DNA from: Chlorokybus atmophyticus
Taxonomy: Eukaryota > Plantae > Mesostigma and Chlorokybus algae
Direction: 5' to 3'
NCBI GenBank assembly: GCA_009103225.1
Contig: RHPI01002262.1
Coordinates: 284,080-348,079 of the forward strand
DNA length: 64,000 nucleotides
In this document: piece after piece, positions 22,757 to 34,000 of the stretch
How the letters are laid out: every line of letters begins with the position of its first letter
Position numbering within the stretch: the first letter of the stretch is position 1
Translations under genes and position numbers: made by a program
The notes under the pieces: generated by a model
What the model was told of the DNA's origin: nothing
Seen by the model: the letters and a program-made list of their open reading frames with translations, nothing else
Database searches by the model: none

Positions 22757-24828
22757 GGCAAGCAGCCACCAGTAGCAGCAGTTGTCACTGCACACACACA
22801 ACAAGGCCAACAATGAACTCAAACAGCAACGTACCAAGTGGGTAACACAGCACATCACAATGCATGAACAACCGTAGCTTGCTGAGGTCGCCGCCCGCGC
22901 AATTCGTCCAGCAGGCGCCTTCAAGCTGCCCTCACAGCTTGCCTCTGCGGCGCCCTGCTTGTGCTGCTACAGCTGCTGCGCGTTGCATGTGAGCATGCAT
23001 GCAGCGCGTTCGCCCGCCTGTGGATATTGGGCGCAAGTCGCAGGGCGCGTCACGTCGAGGGACGCATCCACCAAAATGAGAGACAGCGCTGGTATTCCGC
23101 CCACATTGCACCTAGGGCACCTTGTTGTGCAACTCGTGATTGACTCAAACTTGCGAGTCAATCACCAACGTGTCATAGATTGTGACACGTTTGTGTAACT
23201 CACGATGCATTTGCGTGTTAAATGTCATGTGAATCCCACACAACATTCATATAACATTTGATGCGGTATTCATGGCGCTTTAGATATCTTTATTTCAAAA
23301 CAAATAATAATTGCATAACTATTCACACCAACACTCGAAGCGCTTTTATACAAAAGCGAGACATTCTTAATTTAATAGATATGCTAAGAAGGTTGTTAAC
23401 TTATATATATGTACGATCTATGTAGGTCTCTCATAAAACATGAACTGTATGTATTGTATCACATCGATGAATAAATACGCGACGAAGACGAGCTCAGCAT
23501 AACAGACTTTTATTCCATAACAGGCTTATTAAATGTAAATGCGAAATCAGACACTGGTCAACAATTGTCAACTTGTAATGTAATGTTGCACAAGGTGTTG
23601 ATTGGCTTTTTGCAATGCATTGCAAATATAACTCAGAATACATCTTTGCGTGGTGCGTAAATGGGGGGGAGCAAGTTGTCAATCATCACGCAAGCTTTAT
23701 TCTTGTAATTGTACGCTTAAGTTGTACGTGATTCGGCGTTATATGATATATATATGATGTTCGCTTACGCTTGATACTGTATGACCTAACAATAAGCATT
23801 CATGTTGTTTGTATGTGTTATAATATTGATAATGTGGTAAACAACACTTGTATAATATTATTACAATAAACGGCATGATTGTTGATATGCTATTAAATTG
23901 ACCACCAATTGAAGATATCGATTGTATAAATAATTTAAATAATAATAAAGTCTCGTAGCATGTGCAACAAGCATGTTGGATACTTTTTATTTCAAAGTTT
24001 AATGTAATATGCGGCGTTTTAACCGCGTATTGTATTACTGTATATTACTATATGATTACGTTGTTATATGTATACATTGACAGGTGTTACAAACTTGTAA
24101 GTTTTGGTGAAAAGCAGCTTTTTTAACTTAAAGTGAGGGAGCAGTGGCTGTTCCTTCGCTCTCACATTGTGACACATTACGCAAGACAATGCTTATGCCA
24201 TGGAGAGCACTGAAGTATGAAACACGTTTATTGAACTTGTAGTTGAATACCGCAAATGGCGGACTGAACGCCTTGGGTGAAGCAGGCCGGCAAGTTCACA
24301 GCGAAGACCCGCTTATAGCAACCCTGTGAAACCCGGTGAACCAGCAAGCCGGCTAAAAGTCATGTAAAAAAAGCGGCGCTCCCTGTCTTCGAGATTTAGG
24401 GATTTCATAAAATTCCGATCGCCGGTCCAAATCGGCCAAGTTGCACTTCAAAGCCGATTGTGAACGGCGAAACTCATCTCACCTTCACATATGCATAGCC
24501 GACCATTCCAATACGAGGTCATAGTAATCAGCGATTTTAGCTATTCCAACTTTCGCCTTTTCGACTCAGTTAGTATTGTACAATCTTCTGACACTCCGCA
24601 TGTGAACTCGGGTTTACTTACTATGTCCTACACGCATACGACGGAAGCCGCCAATCTCAGTTGACCACGGAACATACACCATTTGAACCATATTCATGAG
24701 GAGCACACTTCGAGCAAATTTCTCGGTGAGCAATTGGTTCAGCAACTCAAACAACGGTGTTCAACAACGCCTAAACTGTTTAATCTGACTGCGAAAGCGT
24801 TTTCCAGCATTTTGCAAATCGATGGACG

Positions 24829-25530
24829 GCAAGTTTCACCTTTTCGCGAATCGGATATTCATCGTTCTGCAAGCTGACCGGTGCGAGTTTTGTTCACAAC
24901 AGCTTGCTAGCAACCCGTTATGCACAAAACTCCGTGCACCAAGTGACCGGTGCACCGCCTTTGTCCAGAATAGGTTGCTGACGACCCGTTCTACACAAAA
25001 CTCCATGCACTGGTCAGCTTGCAGAACGACATGCACCGAGCGATTATTCGCAGCAGGCACATTTGCTTTCCAGCTTTTTGCGAACTAAAAGAATGCAAGT
25101 TTTCCTTTTGGCGAATTAGGCATCCATCGTATTGCAAGCTGACCGGTGCACACCGAGTTTTGTCCGCGAAGTTGCCAGCAAACCATTGTGGACAAAAAAA
25201 AACTCCGTGCGTTGGTCAGCTTGCAGAGCAACATGCACCGAGCGACCGGTCAACAATTATCGAGTTCTGTCCAAAACGGGTACCGATAGCAACCTTTGCT
25301 GGACAAAACTTCGTACACGGGTCAGCTCGCTGAACAACATGCACCAGCTGACCGATCAATCGGTGCACCGACAGTTGTCCTGCAGTGTCTTTGCGATTCA
25401 GGCATTCACATGTGCGAGCTGACAGGTGCACCGAGTTCTGTGTTGCTAATAACCCGTTTCGGACAAAACTCCGTGCACCGGTCAGTCGGTTCATCGACTT
25501 TGGTCCAGAACGGGTTGCCAATGCCAGGGG
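24829..25530. repeat. Array of about five imperfect hairpin units with ~30-bp arms
   Basis: Left arm consensus GCAAGCTGACCGGTGCACCGAGTTTTGTCC, right arm its reverse complement GGACAAAACTCCGTGCACCGGTCAGCTTGC. Copies near 24869, 24945, 25133, 25244 and 25417; spacer motif AGAAC(G/A)ACATGCACC three times; a longer leader is repeated at 24829 and 25095. Confidence 0.85.
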
Positions 25531-25712
25531 CACCTCGCAGCTCGCAAAACAACGAATGTCCGATTCGCAAGAAGCCTAAACTTGCGTTCTTGGATTTGCG
25601 AAATGCTGAACACCGCTTTCGCAGTCCGGCACTCGCAACTTGCCGTCCTCGGGCATCAACGGTAACCTTCTTGTGCTTTTTCAAAAGCGAGAAACACCTG
25701 CCGAGGAGGCAA

Positions 25713-25721
25713 TTAGGGTTT
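25713..25721 (+). promoter_or_regulatory. Telo-box (TTAGGGTTT / AAACCCTAA) at the putative UBE2S transcription start
   Basis: Exact match immediately before a GC-rich 5'UTR-like segment. The same motif occurs at 36507-36515 and 59139-59147. Confidence 0.5.
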
Positions 25722-26070
25722 ATTGGCCTAGAGCGGCAGCGCTGGCGGCGGCAACGGCACCAACGGCGGCGGCGACGTCGAGGTGGTTGTCTGGAGCATT
25801 GGTGTAATACCTGCTTCTATTTCCTGTGCCTTTGATTTCCACTTACTCCTGCAAGACACCCACATTCCCGATCATTCCTGTCTGATCGCTGCCAGAGACA
25901 AGGCTCTCAACTCCACACAATCACCTCACTCCCTGTCACCGCACCATGGTGGGTCTGACTAATTCTATCTTGCAAACGTGAATTATACTGGTCTGCTTGA
26001 GATGTATGGCATGCTCGAGCCAATGAGTTGTGCTTGGTTCTGCACATTGGTTCTCAACTTACTGAATGGT

Positions 26071-27433
26071 ATGGACTTGCAGTCAGTGTCCAGCAACAGC
26101 AGCGAGGCGCAGCAGTCTCTCACCCCGCACGTGCTGAGCGCCCTGCTAAAGGAGCTGCGCCAGCTCGACAGCAGCCCGCCGGAGGGCGTGAGGGTCATCG
26201 TCAACGAGGAGAATCTGTCCGACATACAGGCAGACCTCACAGGCCCAGGCACGTTCTGTGTTCGCATTTGAGTCAATGCTGGGTTTCTGGGCATGAGCAT
26301 AGTTTTAGAGGTAAGTACAGACACGTGTGTTGACACAGTGTACATGCATCCGCAGCCATACATGCAAGCGCGCATGCGCACATATGCACACGACTCTGCA
26401 CGCTCACTCACGCAGAAAGACATGTGCATGAGTGCGCACACATGCGCGCACTCAAGCACGTGTGTGTGCGTGCATGCGCGCATGCGGTCCCCCACACACA
26501 CTGGCCCGTATGCATCACAATCATGATAGCCGTGAAACCACTTTCGCGGCTATCTGAGAAGCATGTTGTGTGCATCACAGCTGGAACTCCATATGAAGGA
26601 GGCAGGTTCAGAATGAGGCTTGTGCTTGGCGATGACTTCCCGCGCGTACCACCAAAAGGTGTGTATATCGTGTTCTGTGGATGGTACACTGTTTCTCTTA
26701 AATCCTTGTTAAAGGTACGTTCGAACAAAGCTGAACCATTCATATGCACAGGGTATTTTATCACTCGCATCTTCCATCCAAACATCTCCAAAGCCGGCGA
26801 AATCTGCGTCAACACTCTGAAACGAGACTGGAACCCAAGTCTTGGCCTTCGACACGTCCTCATGGTATGCTGCTGTTGTTGTGCCACTCACAAACAGACA
26901 TGCCTAAGAGACTTGCAGTCCAGATTCAGTTAGCAATGTTTATCACACCAAGTCTATGAGTGTGATTGCATTGCAGTCAATCTGCATCCTGACATGATTA
27001 TTGCAAGGCTCCACACGCGCCCATTGCACTGTCTTACAAGCACACATATCATATGCCCACCATACAGTTATGATGCAAGCAAGCAGATTATGTGTAAGCT
27101 TATGGTATACCAATGTATTTTATTTTTTCTTATGGACAGGTGATTAGGTGTCTGCTGATAGAGCCGTTCCCTGAGAGCGCCCTGAACGAGGAGGCCGGGA
27201 AGCTTCTGATGGAGGATTACGAGGGGTACTCTCGGCACGCCAGGCTGATGACTTCCATACATGCGCGTGATCCCAACATCACCTCGTCAAGCAGCGACAA
27301 CAACAGCAGCAGCATGCCACTCACAGTCAACTCTGCCAACATTGTCAATAATAGTGTATCATCGTCAGTGGACCCCAAAGCGCAGGCGCAGAAGACGTCC
27401 ATCGTGAGGAAAAAGAGTCTGCGGAGGCTTTAG
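26071..27433 (+). CDS. UBE2S: Ubiquitin-conjugating enzyme E2 S (UBC22-like), 4 exons
   Basis: [18 protein letters not shown]...GP|[10 protein letters not shown]...PPKG|[26 protein letters not shown] (HPN motif plus catalytic Cys)...|[27 protein letters not shown], with the basic tail RKKSLRRL* typical of UBE2S. Confidence 0.95.
26249..26580 (+). other. GC-AG intron in UBE2S (332 nt)
   Basis: CCAG|GCACGT ... CACAG|CTGGAACT restores the conserved GPAGTPYE. Confidence 0.88.
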
Positions 27434-28233
27434 GATGTGTTATGTCAGCCAGTCTCTTTTTTGGCCAGCTGCTACCAATCTGTGCGTCACATTGACGCTA
27501 GGGCGAGGCGTGGACCACGTTGCGTGGTTCATGCCTTGCATGTACAATGCTACTTCACGTGCGAGTGAAAGCAGAGCTCAGCGAAGTTAACATTGGTTGA
27601 TGGCAATCAATCCTGGATGGCGGTGCTGTTGTTTGCGTATGCGCGTGGACGAATGAGGTTGGGTGGGAGCCAGGATGCCAAGTGTGTTTGCTGTTGGTCG
27701 TTGTCTCACTTCAGTTGTACTTGAGTCCATCAAGTTGTAATACATGCATTTAACCTGACTTGGGCTGCGCATGAGGTGCATGTTAGCTGCTGTACTAGTC
27801 GCATCCTGTTCTGATGCGTGGGTTGAACTTGGGCCAAACATCACACAACTCCTGATTTGCTACGATCGCCTTCTGTGTACATGCAGTAGTTCTGCCAGTA
27901 TACATAAGAGTGCAGACAAGCGCACATGTTTCGGAACTGCTTTGCATTCGCAGAACTCGCTGATAAGAAGATGTCGAGCAATGAGAGATCAACACAGCAG
28001 TCCGTTTGACGTGTCATGATGGTACAGCAAGTACGGTACCATTGTGCCGTATGGTACCACTGCAATGATGAAGCCTGGCGTCAGCATTCCCACACTTGAA
28101 CTTATCAGCACGCTTCACTGCTGCAGCAAGGCGGCGGCGGCGGCGGCGTGGTTGCCGATATAAGTGTGGTCACTGCACACAGCGGGTGAAGGGCGGAGAC
28201 TGGCCCAGAGACACACGGCTCGGTGGGTGCGCC

Positions 28234-30421
28234 ATGGGTTCCAGCGTGGCTGCGCTGGAGGCTGCTGGGTGAGTGAGCTATAGCCATCCAGTTGCTGCTG
28301 CAGCTGCTGCTGGTTGTTTGGTGCATGCATGGGCTGTATTTGATTGTTTTCGAGTTGCAACCATCACTGTCACTTGTCAATCCATGAGGTCGATTGCTGC
28401 TCTCATGACCAACAAAGAGTGGTCAGCCAATTCTGAGTCCACTTGAACTGACTTGGGTGTGCATTTGTGATCATAAGTCTCAAGCTTTGAACGTGTGGCT
28501 TCTCGCATTAAGCATTCGTTACTGGAGAACATTAAGCTATATCACTCTCATACACTTGCTATCTGGTGCTTTGTGCTCGTATTGGAGTCAAGACTGTTGC
28601 CTGTTCAGTCAATCCATGTTATGGGCATTACCAGTTACATTACGATTGATACGCACACACATGCACGTTCAAACACTTACTCGCACGCGCATGCGCCAAC
28701 ACACAAGCAAACACAAGCACATACGCACAGGCACACGCGCGCATGTTTGCACGCACACACGCACCCCCAAAGAGCAAACCACCACTGACAAAGTCACAAC
28801 CATCACACCGGTGTGGTGCTGTTGACAATCACACTCATACGCACACACGCACAAGCTCACAAGCCACCCGAACTCTTTCCCCTTCTTCCCACAGCTCATC
28901 CTATCTCTCAGAGCTTCGCGCCGACCCCACACTAATCCCTCTGCGCGAGGCTCCGGGTTGGTCCTGGGCGCCTGAGTTCCAGAGCATGAGTCAGGATGGC
29001 GATGATGATGCGGACGCGAGGGGGCTGCATCGCAGAGCGAAGTTTGTCGGGAGGCAGTTTGTTGGGTCGAGGGGAGGGGAGGGAATCAGCAAAGTGTATT
29101 ACCTGATGCCGGTGGGTTGTGTGCTCGTGTGTGGGTGTGGGTGCTCACATGCACGTGCGCGCGTGCGTGCGTGTATGAGCGTTGGTGTATACGCCTGCGC
29201 AGCTGTGTTGTGCATGTGTATAAGTTCGCGCACATAGCTATGAGTATGTGCATTTGCATGCGTGCGCACTTGCGTATGTATGCACTTGCGAGTGCATGTG
29301 TGTATCAATGCTTGCGCACACACGCATGCGCTGTGCGCATGGCAAGCACTGCGGTTGTGACTGCGCATACGATGTAGAATCCAACTTCTTGGCGGTGCGC
29401 ATGTTCAGTCATGCGCACCGCCAAGTCAGTCATATCAAAGCAAAGTCCCATTCAGGGCGCTTACTGCACATTCGCAACACATTGTCCTAACATTGCCAAC
29501 ACGTCAATACATACACGCAGCGAGCATGACCCATGTCATCAACACTACAGGACACCGCCTTCAGCATAACCCATCTGCATTGCACATCGTCATCACACAT
29601 TGTTGTTCGTTCGTGCGTGCATGCATACATGTATAGATAGCCAACAGAACTAGACAGTTGTAGTGCCTCACAATCATCATCATGACACAGTGCGCATCAT
29701 AGGCTTGCTGCCTGGTCGCAGGACACAGAGTCGTCGCGTGGTGCGATGGTGGCGGCGGCGTTGTTTGGCAGCGGGTGCGAGGGCCCTCCCGGCCACGCGC
29801 ACGGTGGCGCCCTCGCCGCCCTTCTCGACGACCTCATGGGCGCCGCACTTGGTACGCATTGTGTGGTTGGTACTTGTTGTCTGTTTGACAACAAGTTGTG
29901 ATGTGATGTTGTATGTATGTTGAGTTTGTGCATGTTGTGGTCCTCAACCAGGGTCAAGAGGGTATGTTGTACGCACGCGCGAGCTCACCATCAGGTACCG
30001 CCGACCCGTGCCGCTCAACAAGGTATGCGTGACATGTTGGTTGGCCCCAGAATTGTTGCGCAGACAACATTCATACACTGCAACGACGAACACACACCCG
30101 CACTGATGATGTTTCATGTTGGTTTGTGCAATCAGCCGGTGAGGGCGAGGGCGGTGATAGAGAGGCAGGCAGGGAGGGACTTGCATCTGAGCGCGTGGCT
30201 GGAGACCGATGATAAAGAGCGGCGGGAAGAAGAAGACAGCAGCAGACAAGTGCTCACATCGGCTACTGCCATCTTCACGCAGGTAGTGGTGTGCTGGCAT
30301 GGTGTTGTTCCTTGGCTTCTGTGGGAATGAAGGGATTTCAAGTTTTGATTGGGGTCTTTGTGTTGTTTGTGCGTAGGTTGGATCAAAACCGCCCCCACCC
30401 ATACTTTCCTCAAGACTGTAG
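28234..30421 (+). CDS. Hot-dog-fold acyl-CoA thioesterase (THEM4/PaaI-like), 6 exons, C-terminal PTS1 SRL
   Basis: Exon 29721-29851 reads AALFGSGCEGPPGHAHGGALAALLDDLMGAAL (HGG...D motif); next exons TRELTIRYRRPVPLNK and VLTSATAIFTQ; last exon VGSKPPPPILSSRL*. Start MGSSVAALEAAG at 28234 is inferred from splice phase. Confidence 0.8.
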
Positions 30422-31008
30422 TGTAGTTGGGTTACAGCTTGTACGTGTATACAGTGTACGTGTGTGAAAACACATCGACGTTTCATTTTCCTCTGTGTAC
30501 CAAAAACAACAACTCGCATTTCCGGAAAGCTTGAGGCTAGGCTACAGGCGCATCTCCAACATTTGCCCATCAGCATTGAAACCAATTAGTGCCCATAACT
30601 GAGTTGTCTGGAAATTGAGGGCCAGATGTTAGAGACACCTGTAAGCTAGCCTGAAGTACTCCCTCAATGTGAATTGTTGTGTTTAGTAACTATCGACGTG
30701 GTGTATCTAGTGAAGGCCTATAGTATGATGGTTTCTGTGAATAGCAATTGACTTCATTGGCTGTGTACCCTTCATGACTATCGAAGACTGCCACTTTAAA
30801 GTGATTTAACTACAACAGGACCCCACCCATCCATTCAGCACACAACACAGCCCAATGTGTCACAACATCCAAGACACTATCACCTTGCACAACAATGCTG
30901 GCAAAGTTTTCAGCACACAATCGACAGAGATCAATTGGTGTTACACTCACGAGCTAAGCAGAAGTACACATATCTACCAAACAAACAACAAGGGACTTGC
31001 AATGGGGA

Positions 31009-34000
31009 TCACCGCAAGCCAGCCTCGTATAAACACACGCAATCGTACAACTTGCCGTTAAAGCGCGCGGCCAAACGGTTGTTCTTAATCATCGCCAACT
31101 GCAATGCAAGCGGTTCTTTATCAAATTCCGCAAGAAAAAAGCGACAAGACAACTCATCAACTACTCTGTAAACTTCTCTCTCTCACCTTGAGCGAATCAC
31201 ACGTGAAGCGGGCCTGGAAGTTGGTATGCAGTGCCCGCCCCATGCCTTCCAATACAATCTGCCGAGCGTGTCGCACAGACACAAAAACAGGTAAGTACAT
31301 GTCTTGAACAACGCCAAACCACCGAACCTTGCTGACGTATACTTGTGTTGTTGCTGGCAACACTGTCACAAGAACTGATACAACTCAGTAGCTCAAGACT
31401 AACATGCTGGAGACATTGTACGGTTACCATTAGCTGAGCGATGTGCAGGTGAACGCTGCAGTTTACAAGCTTGAGAGGGCTTTGCACCATGAATGAGGTG
31501 ATAGTAGTGGTACTCTGGTAAGTTGGGGCACGCAAGCGAGCGACAACGTGGGCAACGCTTACCAAATCAACTCCCTGAGCGGCCTCCACAAGCTGCTGGC
31601 TCACGCGTCTCAGGTCGATGCACGGGCTCCCGTGCCCGCTCTCCACCACGCTCAGCCGCCCCGTTGACGTATATTTCTGATTGCTACCGTCGTTGTTGTC
31701 ATCGTGAGTGTGCGGTTGCAAGGCCTGCTTCAGCACTGCATCGCCGGTCGTCTCCACTGCCACCGCCAAGACCTGTCATAAGAACACACGTATTGTGGCT
31801 GAGTGATTGAGGTGAAGACACCGCATTGCAAGGAGAACGGAGAATGCTAAACGTGCACGCAACCAAAGCCGCATGCACACATGCACATACATATGTGGAT
31901 ACGCGCGCACATGCAGATGCCATGATATGCACATGATGCGCGCGCGCACGTACACACGCATGCAGACAAGCATGCACGCGCGCGTGCAAGTAAGGCTCCC
32001 TGCCTGGCGGAGTTCGGCAGCGGTGATGTCATTGAGTGCGGGTTTGGTGTTGGCGACCATAAAGACATGTGCGCCGCGGCGGGCGAGCTCGCGTGCCAAT
32101 GGGAGCATCCCGAGCACCGCGTCCGCCCCGCTGTTGTCCACAAACAGCAACGCCCTGCGTGTACAGGCCGGTCGCCAATCAGCACAATTGAACACACGCA
32201 CACGCAATATGTCAAACACCATACTTCTTGAATGCCGGAGCGTCAGGTGTGCCCGACAGCAACTTTGCGCGAAAGGCCTCAAAATTGTCGATTAGCCACG
32301 GCCGCCTGAGCATCGAGCGCGACTCGCGGTATATCTCCAAAATGGTGCCGGACTTGTACAGTTCAACACAGGCTCGAGAGCCCTGTGCATGCATAAACAG
32401 GTTGAAGTCCAGACCCGTACACACTCACGCGCACGTGTACGCACACACACAAGCGCGCAGACGCGCACATGCACGCTCACGCACACATGCACGCTCACGC
32501 ACACATGCACACTCACACACACATGACATGAACATGCTGTGGAAAACCCTGCAGCATGTTTTACTGCAGTCAAACCGTACCCAGTCAAAGATGTTTCCTG
32601 CTAGGACGCCCTCAATGAGGGCCTGCAGGCGCGCGCCCTCGTCCGCAATCTCATCCAATTCCGCCAGCAGGTCGCTAAGCACCGACAGCGCCGCAGCATT
32701 CTCCCTGTCCTTGACCTACGTTTGGCACATGCATAACCAGGACTGAGCGCAAGCAAAGAGTCTGTCAAGAAGAGGATAGCAAGTGAAAGCGACTCGCATG
32801 TGCACCAGCAACAACTGAACTGCAACTGTCGTTGCCAAGCAAGCAAAGCCAAAACACAAACAGTTGAAACTGTGAGGGCGTACAACACACATGCACGCAC
32901 ATACACATGAACTTGTGCCAGTGCTCCACTTCAAGACTGACAAACAACATGCCATTTGCCCCTCCAACCTGTTTGTAGGCGTCGTGAAAGTTGAAGTCCC
33001 GTAGGCATTCCTCTCTCATCTCCAGCAGCGTGGCGAGTCCGGGGCGTCCGTAGGCTGCGGGTTCGGCGCGCAGGCGTAGGAGGTGTGTCTGGTAGGCCTG
33101 GGCAAAGGCGTTGGCGCGCGTCCTCGCCGCGCCCGTCGTGGCACCGCCCTCGCTCTCCACAGCCTTCTCGATCAGGTTCGGCATGTGCTCTAGCAGAACG
33201 CTGATCCAGTACTCGCGCTCGTCCTTGTCCTCGGCCAGATCCACCGTGTTCGGCTCATAACCCTTCACGCATACACACACTCCATCACACACGCGTATGC
33301 ATGCATGTACACACATATGCATGCACACGTGCACATGCTTGCGCGCATAGGCAAGGCCACAGATAGTGACATACAGTCAAGCAACTTCAATGTGCATGCA
33401 TGCCTGAGGATCGGTGAGGAGTGGGAATGGCCCGAAGCTCGGCACGAGGTGGAGGACGCCAACACTCATGCCGGGCGGGACGGGAATGTTGTTAATGTTA
33501 GGGATGGGCGCGACGGGGTGAAGCGGGGGGAGTGCGGCGGCAACATCACCTTTAGGAGACTGCATGCGTGAAGAAGTACATCAAGACCTTGGTTGTAGCA
33601 GCATGATGTATGTTTAACCAACAAAGCCACATTGTCTCCCACACAAGCAGAGAGGGATTGCACACACACATGCGCGTGCACACAGGCATTCTTTTGACCC
33701 ACCGTGACTGCTTTAGCCTGAGGTTGCTTTGCGTGCTGGTCATTGAGCCCGCCTTGAACAAACTTTTCCACCCACGAGACCTTCTGCGCGGCGGCCGCAG
33801 CCGATACATTAACGGGCGGCGTGCCCACGTTCTCCGCTTCGCTCACGCCCACCCCATCGACGAGCGGGAATCGTTCGATGAGTTGCGCGGATGACGTGTG
33901 CACGAGCTCAGACGTGACATCGTCCTCGTAGGCAAGGAACGCCCCCAAAGCGCCCAGGAAGCCCTCGTGACGCAGGAACGTCGCCTTCATCGTGGACTTG

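Noticed and set aside
24829-25530. CRISPR array
   Set aside because: Eukaryotic context, alternating inverted arms, related rather than unique spacers, and no cas genes.
15458-27433. MER3-UBE2S as a meiotic gene cluster
   Set aside because: The starts are over 3 kb apart with repeats between them; UBE2S is a general APC/C E2, so adjacency alone is not evidence.
29697-30585. Minus-strand ORFs as a separate gene
   Set aside because: Antisense to thioesterase exons; the HGG motif is on the plus strand.
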